Source: Euryarchaeota archaeon UBA182 (GTDB taxonomy: Archaea; Thermoplasmatota; Poseidoniia; Poseidoniales; Thalassarchaeaceae). From it: a stretch of DNA of 64,000 bases. The notes under the pieces were generated by a model. It saw nothing but the letters and a program-made list of their open reading frames with translations, ran no database searches and was not told where the DNA came from. Below are positions 36,796 to 46,650 of this stretch, in pieces. The position numbers and the translations under genes are program-made. Where the stretch lies: the NCBI GenBank assembly GCA_002495675.1, contig DAGH01000023.1, forward strand, positions 1,184 to 65,183, given 5' to 3'. Numbering within the stretch: position 1 is the stretch's first letter; every line of letters starts with the position of its first letter.

Positions 36796-38865
36796 ATGCC
36801 ATCACGTGACGAGGCCCATTCCTTGGACCTCAACAAGGATGGAAAAGTAGACGTGGGAGATGTGGCGCATATATTCTCCGAGGCAGAGCGTGTAAGATTA
36901 GACAGAGAGTTGGATTCCATCAGAGAGAGAAGACTTGGAGATACGCGCTTTTTCAGATGGGCAGTTGAAGACTATGTGCTCCTCTTCGGAGTTGCTTTTG
37001 GAGGATTCTTCCTCCTGCTAATAGCCACCGCAAGTACTGGTATACTTGCTGGAGACTCAGTTGCAATCGATCAAACTTTGTCAAAGACCCCGCTGGATAA
37101 TGGAGGCGAGTGTATAGACAAACAGGGACAGATTTGGCTGTCAGTATTCGAAGATCATCACGATCTGAGGATTAGGTCATACAACGTTCCAGAAATCGAA
37201 ACGGGCATGGTCGTGTCGTATACAAACCTGGAAGGGGTTGTTGTGGAGGAGGTCATGCGAGGGATTGGAGACCTGTCTATTGCCATTGATGGAGAGAATC
37301 TGTTGGTAGGAGAACAGACAGTTGTCGTCTCAATACTAAACTTAAGTCACAATCCAGACGCTGAGGACGAGAACATCAGCCTAGAATCCACTGAGATTTA
37401 TTCCCAAGCCTTTCCGATGGAAGTGGAACATCGGGTCAAGGGATGGCTATTCTCTAAGGGCGAAGTAATTGACATTGATCTGAAGGAAACTGGGCCAAGA
37501 GCATGTCTCACCTTCAAAGATCTCGGTGAGTGGGGGTGGCTGTTGATGGCAGCCGAATGGGCCGGGGGAAGAGAGACAGCCATGCTTACAGGTGGGAGCG
37601 GAGGTGTTCCTGCTTGGTGGATGGCATTCGTGTCTCTTGGAATGTCAATCGTATTTCTGTACATCCAATATCCCCTGATGCATAAAATGTATCACCGAGA
37701 AGGCGAGGAAGCACTTAACAAAAAACAAGTCAAGAGGCTCATCTCTAGGATTCTCGAAAGATCTCAAGATGAGGCCACGATAGAAATCGATTTTGAGCTC
37801 CTCAGGATGCAAGAAAGATCGATCTCTATCGACGTTTTCGTTCCTTATGTCCTAAAACCTCGTAGTATCATGACTACAACGGACGTAAGGTCGATTCTAA
37901 TGCGAGACCTACTTTCAGAATTTTCGATTTTCGGTGAGATGAGGCCGCTTCAACTAAGGGTACAATCAATCAATGCGAATAAAACAGGGGAGCAGATACT
38001 ATTGGGCGAAGACCTGACAATGGAGGGATTCGATCCAACAATTGTTGTTGATGACTACAGGCCCTTCTTCGAATCCATATCCATCGTTGGTACCATAGAA
38101 GATTCCGCGAGGCCAGTTATCCAAGAATTACTGGACGAATATGACCTTGCAGACGAAGGAACCCTCGTTTCTGCAGACGATAGGGCGGTCTATGTCAGAA
38201 TGATATATCGACCCCGAATTAGATTTAGTTATTTTTTATTCCCACGAAACTTCATTGAGATAGAGAATAGTCTTTCTGACAGACTGAATAAAGGGCTTTC
38301 CAGTTTATTGGAAGGTAGAAAAGTGGTTGTCAGCGCCAGAAATTTGAGACGTACCTTGGCTGATCAGGCAGTCGCCGGCAGGGTAGAGCAAGGAGGCTCA
38401 AACTTTGCAGGAGAGGCACTCGTTGCAAAACAACCAGGAATCACGGGGACACTCCTGCAAACCGTGGGAGGGGACATTCTTTCCAGTGTGGAATACGTGG
38501 CTCAAAGAAACAGAAATAGAATTGATAAATATGGATTCTGGGGCCTGATATTTTTCGTTTGGATACCATTCATGGCAAGTGGCGTGCTTGTCGGGGCTAT
38601 GCTAGGATTGGTCGCAAGGATGAGGTTTGAGAGAGTCCTATTGGCAACTACGGTCGGAGGCACAGCAGCATCAATTACTTGGGCGTATACTGCCAGAGGA
38701 ATAATTGAGTTCATGGAGAGATATCAGGCAGAGGTACTCATACCCTTCTTAATAGGACTAGTTTTTCTGTTCACATTTTTCCATCTTAGGAGAAATAAAA
38801 GGCTGAGAAGAGAGGAGCTTTTCAGGGAATCAATGTCATTTTTCAGTAGGGTTTCATTGGATTAG
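36796..38865 (+). CDS. Multi-pass membrane protein with C-terminal small-multidrug-export (COG2426/PF06695-like, DedA superfamily) region
   Basis: IDKYGFWGLIFFVWIPFMASGVLVGAMLGLVARM resembles the COG2426 core; N-terminal DLNKDGKVDVGD Ca-binding-type loop; large soluble insertions. Confidence 0.65.
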   Translation: MPSRDEAHSLDLNKDGKVDVGDVAHIFSEAERVRLDRELDSIRERRLGDTRFFRWAVEDYVLLFGVAFGGFFLLLIATASTGILAGDSVAIDQTLSKTPLDNGGECIDKQGQIWLSVFEDHHDLRIRSYNVPEIETGMVVSYTNLEGVVVEEVMRGIGDLSIAIDGENLLVGEQTVVVSILNLSHNPDAEDENISLESTEIYSQAFPMEVEHRVKGWLFSKGEVIDIDLKETGPRACLTFKDLGEWGWLLMAAEWAGGRETAMLTGGSGGVPAWWMAFVSLGMSIVFLYIQYPLMHKMYHREGEEALNKKQVKRLISRILERSQDEATIEIDFELLRMQERSISIDVFVPYVLKPRSIMTTTDVRSILMRDLLSEFSIFGEMRPLQLRVQSINANKTGEQILLGEDLTMEGFDPTIVVDDYRPFFESISIVGTIEDSARPVIQELLDEYDLADEGTLVSADDRAVYVRMIYRPRIRFSYFLFPRNFIEIENSLSDRLNKGLSSLLEGRKVVVSARNLRRTLADQAVAGRVEQGGSNFAGEALVAKQPGITGTLLQTVGGDILSSVEYVAQRNRNRIDKYGFWGLIFFVWIPFMASGVLVGAMLGLVARMRFERVLLATTVGGTAASITWAYTARGIIEFMERYQAEVLIPFLIGLVFLFTFFHLRRNKRLRREELFRESMSFFSRVSLD

Positions 38866-38913
38866 ATTACGCACTGTTTATACCACATCGAAATTCCCTC
38901 GCCACAGTAATCC

Positions 38914-39615
38914 GTGATACCCATGCCTCTAGTAGAAATGAAGAATATTCAGAGACACTATGAAACACCAGCGGGAATTGTAAAGGCGCTTGATGGCGTT
39001 AGTTTCGACATAGAGGAGGGTGAGCGGGTTATCCTTCTAGGCCCATCGGGCTCAGGGAAAACTACACTTTTGAATTGTTTATCCGGCCTAGATAGTCCAA
39101 CCGGAGGGTCATACAAATTTCTTGGTGGCGAGGTACCCCGACATCATTCGGAAAAAATGACGTCCTTTCGAAGAGAGAATATAGGTTATGTTTTCCAGTT
39201 TTTCAATTTGCTTCAGGACCTTACGGTTCTTGAAAACATACTCCTGATCCAAGAACTTGCCGGGAACAAGAACTCCGCCCGCGCAAAGGAACTTCTTGAG
39301 CTGGTGGGCCTACACTCGGAAGTCAACCGATTCCCCGGAGAAATCAGCGGAGGCCAACAACAACGTGTGGCCATTGCTCGAAGTATTGCCAAGAGACCGA
39401 GGTTGTTGTTGGGGGATGAATTAACGGGAAACCTCGACACAGAAACATCAAACAGAGTCATGGAGGCACTTGTTAACGCCTGTAGACAGGAGGACATAAC
39501 CTCAGTATTTGTCACCCACGATGAGGGCCTGATTAGATATGCCACTCGAGTGATTCGCATTGATAGTGGCAGAATCATCTCAGACGAAAAGGTCACGTCT
39601 GATAATGAAAACTGA
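38914..39615 (+). CDS. ABC transporter ATP-binding protein (LolD/MacB-type)
   Basis: KALDGVSF, GPSGSGKTT, IGYVFQFFNL, ISGGQQQRVAIAR, DELTGNLD, VTHD. Confidence 0.92.
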   Translation: MIPMPLVEMKNIQRHYETPAGIVKALDGVSFDIEEGERVILLGPSGSGKTTLLNCLSGLDSPTGGSYKFLGGEVPRHHSEKMTSFRRENIGYVFQFFNLLQDLTVLENILLIQELAGNKNSARAKELLELVGLHSEVNRFPGEISGGQQQRVAIARSIAKRPRLLLGDELTGNLDTETSNRVMEALVNACRQEDITSVFVTHDEGLIRYATRVIRIDSGRIISDEKVTSDNEN

Positions 39616-39624
39616 GGTGAAAAG

Positions 39625-42066
39625 ATGTCAAACCTCCTGAACAAACGCTTGGCACGGAGTCTATGGAGGACAAAACCCCGACTCTTTGCAGTCGTGATGA
39701 TGGTTGCAGTCGGGGTATTTGCCGGGATTACATTCAGCGGGTATTCCCATAACCTGGACGGCATGTATGAAACTCTGCATGGTGACGATGACGAGGGCGC
39801 TAATCTCGCCGACATGTGGATAGACAACCGGAGCACAACTTGGTCTCACGAGGAAGTCACGAACTTCTGCAGCGCATTAGAAGCATCATGGCCTGCAGAT
39901 ATGGACGAACTGGACTCATGCGAGGGTCGAACAATCGTGCAAGGCACAATGTTTCACTCAAACGATGGAGGCACACAAATAATCAATTCCCTCTGGCATG
40001 GCATTCCCGAGTTTGCCAACGCTGACAGGCTTTGGATGCCGTCAGGACATAGTGAAGGCAGGGTAGCCTCTGCCGCCGATGAGATAGTCATAGATGCCCA
40101 TGTTGTCGATGCACTCGATTTATCATTGGGGGATACCGTTCACATCGGTGCAGGAAGCTCGCCTGTCGAGTTTTCGATCGTTGGCATTGGGTATCACCCC
40201 CTTCACGTTTTCATGGCCCCAGAAGGCTCGATTTTTCCTCCAGAGCCAGGTCAGTATGTAGTCGGCTATGTCTCAGATAGCGGTATGGCCCGTCTCACGA
40301 ACAGTACGATCGGCAACAGCAATACTATCTTGCTGGATGTAGAGGGAACCCCATCATTCGATCTCCCTGACACAGAAGAATATGAAGGAGATGAAATTGA
40401 TTCGGTGAGGAATCTTGTTTCCAGAGCTCTAGAGAACGCTGAGTTGGACGGACGGATCAGGGATAGAGGCCAGAATGAGCCAGTTGAAATCATGCGGCAA
40501 GACCTTGAGGGTGCTAAGCGGACGAGCGTCCCCTTTGCAGTTATGATTGCTGCTATCGCCTCAATCACAATTGTCCTCAGCCTCCAACGATTGGTACAGA
40601 GTCAAGCCAAAGAGATAGCAGCATTGCGAACACTCGGCGTGAATAGAATGTCATTGATGACTGGATACCTCATCGCTCCACTTGCTATCGGTGCCGCTGG
40701 ATGTGGGCTTGGAGCAGTAATAGGTCCATTGGGGGTCGATTTCATGCTCGATTTCTACGAAGGCATCGTCGGCCTTCCCATTACAGAAAGAGAAGTCCCG
40801 TTGTCGATTTATTCAAATGTCATGATCCCTACTATCGCCGTTGTTTTCCTCTCAGGGGCATTCCCCGCCCTAAAAGCTAGTAAACTCGATCCTTTGGAGG
40901 TGCTCAGCGGTCAAAATCAAATTCGAGTTGGATCGAGGACCCTTCGTCGTCTAACCTCTTGGATGCCAACTACCCTCGGACTATCTATCAGGTCAAGCAT
41001 CCGGAAACCAGTTCGTTTGATGATGACATTCCTCGCTGTTGGAATCTCTCTGATGCTTTTCGGCTCGGTCCAAATGATGTCAGCTGGGCTTGAGGACACC
41101 ATCGTGGGCGGGCTTGAAGATCGACAATCCTGGGATGCCCAAGTCTACATCAACCACGATCAAGAGGAAAGGGTCATTGAATGGGCCGATCAGCGGGGCG
41201 CTACTTATGAGCCGTTAATTGAGATGCCCATAGGAATGGTGGAGGATCCCAAGGGTTTGGAGCGCATTTTCACAGTGGTAGGACTCGAATCTTTCACAGA
41301 AGGTTTACGAGAAATCAACATCATACAGGGTGATCCACCTCAGCTCAGCACTAGTGCCACTGAGGTCTTGCTCGACGAGGGTGCAGCGACATTCTTGGGG
41401 TGGAGTGTTGGACAATCACACACAGTCCTGTTGAATGGGGCCGAGCACGAAGTCACCATTGTTGGAGTTACTCGAGGTGAATTAGCGCGCACGATGTATT
41501 TTCTGAGGGCTGATCTGGGAGAGGCATTGGGGGTCAACGCCACTTCAATTTACCTTACACTTCCCGACGGTGTCGAGGTTGATTCATCTCTCGCAGAGAT
41601 ATCCGCCGGAGTGGTTGAGCGCGAGACCCTCATTGAAGGAATGAACAGTTTGATCGACCAACAGACCCAAATTTTTCTTGCTATGATGTATCTCGGACTC
41701 ATGTTCACCATCGCAGTGATGTTCAATACAATGATCATGAATGTCGCAGAACGAGACTTTGAACTCGCAACACTTAGAGTGTTGGGAGCGTCAACCCCAA
41801 GTCTTGGAATTATGCTACTCTTTGAAAGCCTTCTAATCGGAATCATTGGCGGTTTAGTCGGGGTCGTTTTCGCATATGGCGGCGCGGTCGGACTGGCAGC
41901 CTCTTTCTCTACTTGGCAGTTCTACGTAACTGTCTTGATAGTTCCCAGTGTAGCCTATCAACTAATGCTGGGCGTGATTTTGATCGCGATTGCCATGACG
42001 CCCATTGGCATCTGGCGCCTGCGTCGTATGGATTTAGTGGAGAAGGTAAAAAACCTCACACAATAG
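39625..42066 (+). CDS. ABC transporter permease, FtsX/MacB-type with two repeats
   Basis: Two FtsX-like modules (QAKEIAALRTLG; ERDFELATLRVLG), each preceded by a large extracytoplasmic domain; GAGGTGA SD. Confidence 0.88.
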   Translation: MSNLLNKRLARSLWRTKPRLFAVVMMVAVGVFAGITFSGYSHNLDGMYETLHGDDDEGANLADMWIDNRSTTWSHEEVTNFCSALEASWPADMDELDSCEGRTIVQGTMFHSNDGGTQIINSLWHGIPEFANADRLWMPSGHSEGRVASAADEIVIDAHVVDALDLSLGDTVHIGAGSSPVEFSIVGIGYHPLHVFMAPEGSIFPPEPGQYVVGYVSDSGMARLTNSTIGNSNTILLDVEGTPSFDLPDTEEYEGDEIDSVRNLVSRALENAELDGRIRDRGQNEPVEIMRQDLEGAKRTSVPFAVMIAAIASITIVLSLQRLVQSQAKEIAALRTLGVNRMSLMTGYLIAPLAIGAAGCGLGAVIGPLGVDFMLDFYEGIVGLPITEREVPLSIYSNVMIPTIAVVFLSGAFPALKASKLDPLEVLSGQNQIRVGSRTLRRLTSWMPTTLGLSIRSSIRKPVRLMMTFLAVGISLMLFGSVQMMSAGLEDTIVGGLEDRQSWDAQVYINHDQEERVIEWADQRGATYEPLIEMPIGMVEDPKGLERIFTVVGLESFTEGLREINIIQGDPPQLSTSATEVLLDEGAATFLGWSVGQSHTVLLNGAEHEVTIVGVTRGELARTMYFLRADLGEALGVNATSIYLTLPDGVEVDSSLAEISAGVVERETLIEGMNSLIDQQTQIFLAMMYLGLMFTIAVMFNTMIMNVAERDFELATLRVLGASTPSLGIMLLFESLLIGIIGGLVGVVFAYGGAVGLAASFSTWQFYVTVLIVPSVAYQLMLGVILIAIAMTPIGIWRLRRMDLVEKVKNLTQ

Positions 42067-42075
42067 GAGAAAAAA

Positions 42076-42867
42076 ATGAGGATAGCAACTTGGAATTTGA
42101 ACGGGATTAGGGCCGCTCACAAGAAAGGACTGGACCATTTCATAAAAAAGATAGATGCCGATGTTCTTTTGTTCCAGGAAGTCAGGGCCTTGCCCGAACA
42201 GATGCCAGTGGGTTGGACACAACCCCCAGATTACAATGTCATATGGCACCCGGCAGAAAAAAAGGGGTACTCAGGGGTAATGACTTGTTCTAAAGATGAA
42301 ATAATTGAAATCAGGAGAGGAATAGAAACCAATTTGGATGACACTTTGGACCCAGATGGTAGAGTCTTGGTCACGGGACATGGCGAGTTCACTTGCGTAA
42401 ACATGTATCTCCCCAATGGGTCTTCCAGTCCAGAGAGGCAGCACTACAAGGATATCTGGTTAGAGGATATGTTGGTATGGAGCCAAAACTTCCTGGCAGA
42501 TTCGAAACCCTCGTTGTTGTGCGGAGACCTCAATATAGCACACACGGAGAATGATATTTGGAATCCGTCGGGTAATCGAAGAACATCTGGGTTCCTAGAC
42601 CACGAGCGAGAGTGGTTCGACAGATTGTTGGAATCCGGTTGGAAAGACCTCGTTAGGGAGCAGTATGGAAGTATCAAAGGTCCATATTCATGGTGGTCGA
42701 ACCGAGGAAGGGCTCGAGAATTGGACAGGGGCTGGAGAATTGATTACATATTGGCAAATCCGGCGGCAGCAGATCGGTTCGTTCGAGCTGAGGTAATTAG
42801 AGAAGGAGGTCTGAGAATATCCGATCATGCCCCGGTGATAGCTGACTTCTCTGATCATGGGCACTAA
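42076..42867 (+). CDS. xth: Exodeoxyribonuclease III (AP endonuclease)
   Basis: ATWNLNGIRA, FQE, KKGYSGV, YLPNG, CGDLNIAH, YSWWS, GWRIDY, SDHAP. Confidence 0.95.
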   Translation: MRIATWNLNGIRAAHKKGLDHFIKKIDADVLLFQEVRALPEQMPVGWTQPPDYNVIWHPAEKKGYSGVMTCSKDEIIEIRRGIETNLDDTLDPDGRVLVTGHGEFTCVNMYLPNGSSSPERQHYKDIWLEDMLVWSQNFLADSKPSLLCGDLNIAHTENDIWNPSGNRRTSGFLDHEREWFDRLLESGWKDLVREQYGSIKGPYSWWSNRGRARELDRGWRIDYILANPAAADRFVRAEVIREGGLRISDHAPVIADFSDHGH

Positions 42868-42897
42868 TTCAAACGCAATAACCACTTAGAAAGAACC

Positions 42898-43692
42898 ATG
42901 ATAACACCGCCGAGCGACGCACTATCATCCCTTCTACCGGGTGGAAAAGGCGTTTGGGTCCCCATGGACCATGGCCTTTCTTCCTTCCCAGTTCGAGGCC
43001 TAAGGAACATTGAGGAGGCGATAGATGATTGCATCGAGGGTGGCGTTGATGCGATAGTACTGCAGAAGGGCGTATTGTCACATCAAATTAAGAGGCTCTC
43101 ATGGCCAAATTTCATCATGCACGTTTCAGCATCTACCATCCACGCAGGGATCAACTCAGACAATAAGGTATCAGTCGGGGATCCCAGCGAGGCAAAGGAA
43201 AGAGGTGCCGTCGCAATATCCTGCCAGATTAACTTGGGGTCCCAAAATGAAGGCGAAATGATCAGGGATGCAGGATTGCTTACCGGCGCAGCCCTAGCCC
43301 ATGACATGCCTGTGCTCGGAATGATCTACCCTAGAGGACCTGGCTTAGTCCAAATTGATGGCGATAGAACCAACGGAGTCGCACATGCTGCGAGACTAGC
43401 CTGGGAGCTTGGATGCCATGTCGCGAAGGTACCATGGACCGGGAGCGCGGACTCCTTCCATGATGTGTGCTCGTCAGTCCCGATCCCTGTTCTGATTGCA
43501 GGAGGTCAGCCGAACATATCATTCGCTCAAACCCTCGAGATCGTCGAGACTGCAATTTCTGTTGGCGGCGCTGGGGTCTGCATGGGCAGGCAGATATTCG
43601 AGGCTAACGATCGGATTGACAGAATTAGGGCGTTGAGGGCTGTAATTCATGAGGGAAAAACTTCGAACGAAGCCATTCAGATAATGGGGTGA
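42898..43692 (+). CDS. aroA': Class I (DhnA-type) aldolase, probably 2-amino-3,7-dideoxy-D-threo-hept-6-ulosonate synthase
   Basis: VPMDHG, MIYPRG, AHAARLAWELG, Schiff-base Lys in VAKVPWTG, IAGG, GRQIF; directly upstream of DHQ synthase II. Confidence 0.8.
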   Translation: MITPPSDALSSLLPGGKGVWVPMDHGLSSFPVRGLRNIEEAIDDCIEGGVDAIVLQKGVLSHQIKRLSWPNFIMHVSASTIHAGINSDNKVSVGDPSEAKERGAVAISCQINLGSQNEGEMIRDAGLLTGAALAHDMPVLGMIYPRGPGLVQIDGDRTNGVAHAARLAWELGCHVAKVPWTGSADSFHDVCSSVPIPVLIAGGQPNISFAQTLEIVETAISVGGAGVCMGRQIFEANDRIDRIRALRAVIHEGKTSNEAIQIMG

Positions 43693-43698
43693 AAACCC

Positions 43699-44655
43699 AT
43701 GGAAGTATGGCTAGACTTCACTGCTGGAAAGAATTTCAGCGATGTCGATTCTGCTTTTATTGAAAATGTGCATAGACAATGGCATGGCGAGTCAAAGGAT
43801 GTTGCAGAAGTGGAGATAGATGGTTTCAGAGGACAGGAAGAAGCCGTCTCTCTAATAGGAATGGTCGATTGGTTACTTCTACGATGCTCTGATTGGACCA
43901 TGATCCCCTTGGAGAACATTATCTCTGCGTCCAGGGGTACTGGAACAAGAATCGCAGCAGCAGTCTCATGTACGGATGACATCAATGGAGCAGGATTCGC
44001 GTTGGAACACGGGGTAGATGCGGTGCTTATACCACCAAAAACCGATTTATTGAATTACTCATTGACCATATCAGAAAAAATGACGCCCAAGGAACAGGCC
44101 CCTGAACAAATACAATCAGGTTTGCAGTACTCCGAGGTTATCGATATCGCTGCAGTTGGGATCGGCGATCGGGTTTGTGTCGACCTCATTGATACTCTCG
44201 AATTGGGAGAGGGCCTCTTGGTAGGCTCAACAGCAAACGCGATGGTTATGGTCCATGGTGAAACCGTGCCATCAGAGTATGTCCCCACACGTCCTTTCAG
44301 GGTAAATGCAGGGGCAGTTCACTCATACTGCCTGATGGCTGATCAAACTACGAAATATCTCAGCGAGTTGGTCTCTGGTGACAAGGTCGCGGTGATCAAT
44401 CTCAGAGGTACACTCAGGCATTCCACAATTGGAAGAGTCAAAATAGAAAGGAGGCCGTTTGTGTTGGTAAAGTACAGCGATGGCAGCATTTCTGGACAGG
44501 TAGCACTCCAACAGGCCGAGACCATTCGCTTAGTCGGGGATGGAGGGCTCATTAGTGTCACCAACATAAATGTCGGAGACAGAGTGCTGACCAGAATGTC
44601 CACCGGTATGCGACACATTGGAAGGGAATTGGATGGGGTGATGAATGAGAGATGA
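43699..44655 (+). CDS. aroB': 3-dehydroquinate synthase II
   Basis: DWTMIPLEN, LEHGVD, GDRVCVD, GEGLLVGS, RPFRVNAGAVHSY, TKYLSEL, KIERRP, QQAETIRL, RHIG. Confidence 0.93.
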   Translation: MEVWLDFTAGKNFSDVDSAFIENVHRQWHGESKDVAEVEIDGFRGQEEAVSLIGMVDWLLLRCSDWTMIPLENIISASRGTGTRIAAAVSCTDDINGAGFALEHGVDAVLIPPKTDLLNYSLTISEKMTPKEQAPEQIQSGLQYSEVIDIAAVGIGDRVCVDLIDTLELGEGLLVGSTANAMVMVHGETVPSEYVPTRPFRVNAGAVHSYCLMADQTTKYLSELVSGDKVAVINLRGTLRHSTIGRVKIERRPFVLVKYSDGSISGQVALQQAETIRLVGDGGLISVTNINVGDRVLTRMSTGMRHIGRELDGVMNER

Positions 44656-45494
44656 CATCAACCCCCAGTGTTGCTTACGGTGGTGTGAGCATACTTCATG
44701 CGGCAGGATGTGGATGGGGTTGTTCCACTCCTATTGACCTGTCTTGTAGGGCCATGATAAATAGAGACAAAGCAGGAAACAACGCGGATGATAGCGGCCT
44801 CCTCAGTCAGCTCTCATCGTCAATTCTATCCTTAACGGGGCATGAAATTGATAGTGAAATCACCATATCAGTGGAGAGCGAGATACCTGCATCCATGGGG
44901 CTAAAATCATCCTCAGCTGTAGCGATAAGTGCGATCAAGAGCGTAATTCAGGAATTAGAAATTGACCTAGATCCAAGACAGATCGTCGAAGTTGCAGCTG
45001 AAATGCAAATGAGGAGTGGGTGCTCCATGACAGGCGCATATGACGACAATTGGGCTGCGATGGGCATGAATTCTGCAATTATCAGATTAGAATCAGAACC
45101 ACCCTCAGAGCCATTTGCTCACACTGTAATCAATAATATGTATTGTACGATCATACACAGGGGGAGGAGAAGATCGACTCCCAAGTTGTCCGATTTTGAA
45201 AAAATGAGGTCGAAATTTAAAATCGCTAAAGAATCGTTGATGTCTGGTGATGTGATAGGCGCATTCAAAGAAAATGGACTTGCCGTGGCGGAAGCCACTC
45301 GAGATTTCCAAGGCCTGAAGATATTGAAAACTCTTGATTCAATGGGCCTCGCCTCGTCAATCACCGGATCTGGACCAAGTATTGCCATTCTTTATGGGGA
45401 AGATCAGATTGACTTGGTTTCCGACTTTTCCAGATCATTTGAACGAATTATAACTACAAAGGTCCTTCAACGCCCCCACATGGAGGGGAAATAA
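44652..45494 (+). CDS. aroK: Archaeal shikimate kinase (GHMP family)
   Basis: SEIPASMGLKSSSA GHMP motif, SMTGAYDD, ITGSGPS; inside the aro cluster. Confidence 0.85.
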   Translation: MTSTPSVAYGGVSILHAAGCGWGCSTPIDLSCRAMINRDKAGNNADDSGLLSQLSSSILSLTGHEIDSEITISVESEIPASMGLKSSSAVAISAIKSVIQELEIDLDPRQIVEVAAEMQMRSGCSMTGAYDDNWAAMGMNSAIIRLESEPPSEPFAHTVINNMYCTIIHRGRRRSTPKLSDFEKMRSKFKIAKESLMSGDVIGAFKENGLAVAEATRDFQGLKILKTLDSMGLASSITGSGPSIAILYGEDQIDLVSDFSRSFERIITTKVLQRPHMEGK

Positions 45495-46585
45495 TGGGCA
45501 TGGCGTTCGGGAACAAGATTCGCATCACCCTCTTCGGCGAAAGTCATGGGCAGTGCGTGGGCGCTCTTCTCGAAGGCATCCCCCCTGGAACCCCTATCGA
45601 TTACGATTCACTAATTGAAGAGATAGAAAAGCGAAAACCAGGTAGAAAGGGGATGAGTAGGCGGTTAGAATCGGATGATTGTGAGATTATGTCTGGCGTC
45701 CATGAGGGGGTAGCCACTGGTTGGCCCATCCTACTCATTGCCAGGAATGACGATGCAAGATCCAAAGATTACGGTTTTCTACCAGATCACCCAAGACCCG
45801 GGCATGCAGACATGGTAGAGATTGAGAGGTCTGGGGGATCCACAGATTTGCGAGGCGGCGGCTCGCAATCTGCTAGATTGACTCTTGGATTGGTTGCAGC
45901 TGCAAGTCAAGTAAGACAACTTATTTCAGCTCAGAACGTGATTATCAAAGCTGGGCTTTACTCTGTGGGGGGCAAATTCGCAGATTCTCTGGTAAATATG
46001 AATTGGGATTCTCTAGTTCAAAGCGATGACATGCTTAGGTTGAATTGCTACGACTCTGTGATGACACCAGTTTTCTCTGAGGAGATAGAACTAAGCAGAA
46101 AGTCAGGGGATTCAATTGGGTCTACAGTGGAATGTGTGATCGAGGGTCTCCCCATGGGCGTAGGAGAGCCATGGTTTGATGGTCTCGAACCTGCATTAGC
46201 GCGGGTCATGATGGCAATTCCAGGCGCAAGAGCAGTGGAGTTCAGCAAAGGCTTCCAGTCATCATCAATGAAGGGGTCAGAACATAATGATGCTTGGACA
46301 ATACGCGCAGGGCAGATTTCCCCTTCTTCTGACTCCGGTAACCTTCCTGATGGTGCCTTGGGAGGAAGATCAACTGGCGCCCCCCTCCACATGGTAGTCC
46401 ATTTCAAACCCCCTAGCAGCATCTCAAAAACACAGACGACGCTTCATCTTCCCAGCGGAGCAAAAACCCCCCTGAAAATCAAAGGACGGCACGACCCGGT
46501 AATAGGGCCAAGGGCAGTCCCCGTCGTAGAAGCATCAGCGATTTTGGTGATCGCCGATCTAATTGAGATGGCCAAAGAAGAATAG
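45494..46585 (+). CDS. aroC: Chorismate synthase
   Basis: FGESHG, PRPGHAD, RGGG...SAR, GDSIG, SEHND, FKPPSSI, GRHDP...RAVP. Confidence 0.94.
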   Translation: MGMAFGNKIRITLFGESHGQCVGALLEGIPPGTPIDYDSLIEEIEKRKPGRKGMSRRLESDDCEIMSGVHEGVATGWPILLIARNDDARSKDYGFLPDHPRPGHADMVEIERSGGSTDLRGGGSQSARLTLGLVAAASQVRQLISAQNVIIKAGLYSVGGKFADSLVNMNWDSLVQSDDMLRLNCYDSVMTPVFSEEIELSRKSGDSIGSTVECVIEGLPMGVGEPWFDGLEPALARVMMAIPGARAVEFSKGFQSSSMKGSEHNDAWTIRAGQISPSSDSGNLPDGALGGRSTGAPLHMVVHFKPPSSISKTQTTLHLPSGAKTPLKIKGRHDPVIGPRAVPVVEASAILVIADLIEMAKEE

Positions 46586-46650
46586 AATCCTACTGCTTAT
46601 TGGCACGTACGAAACAGTCGAAGAAATCCTCCTCTGGACTGTAAGGAATC

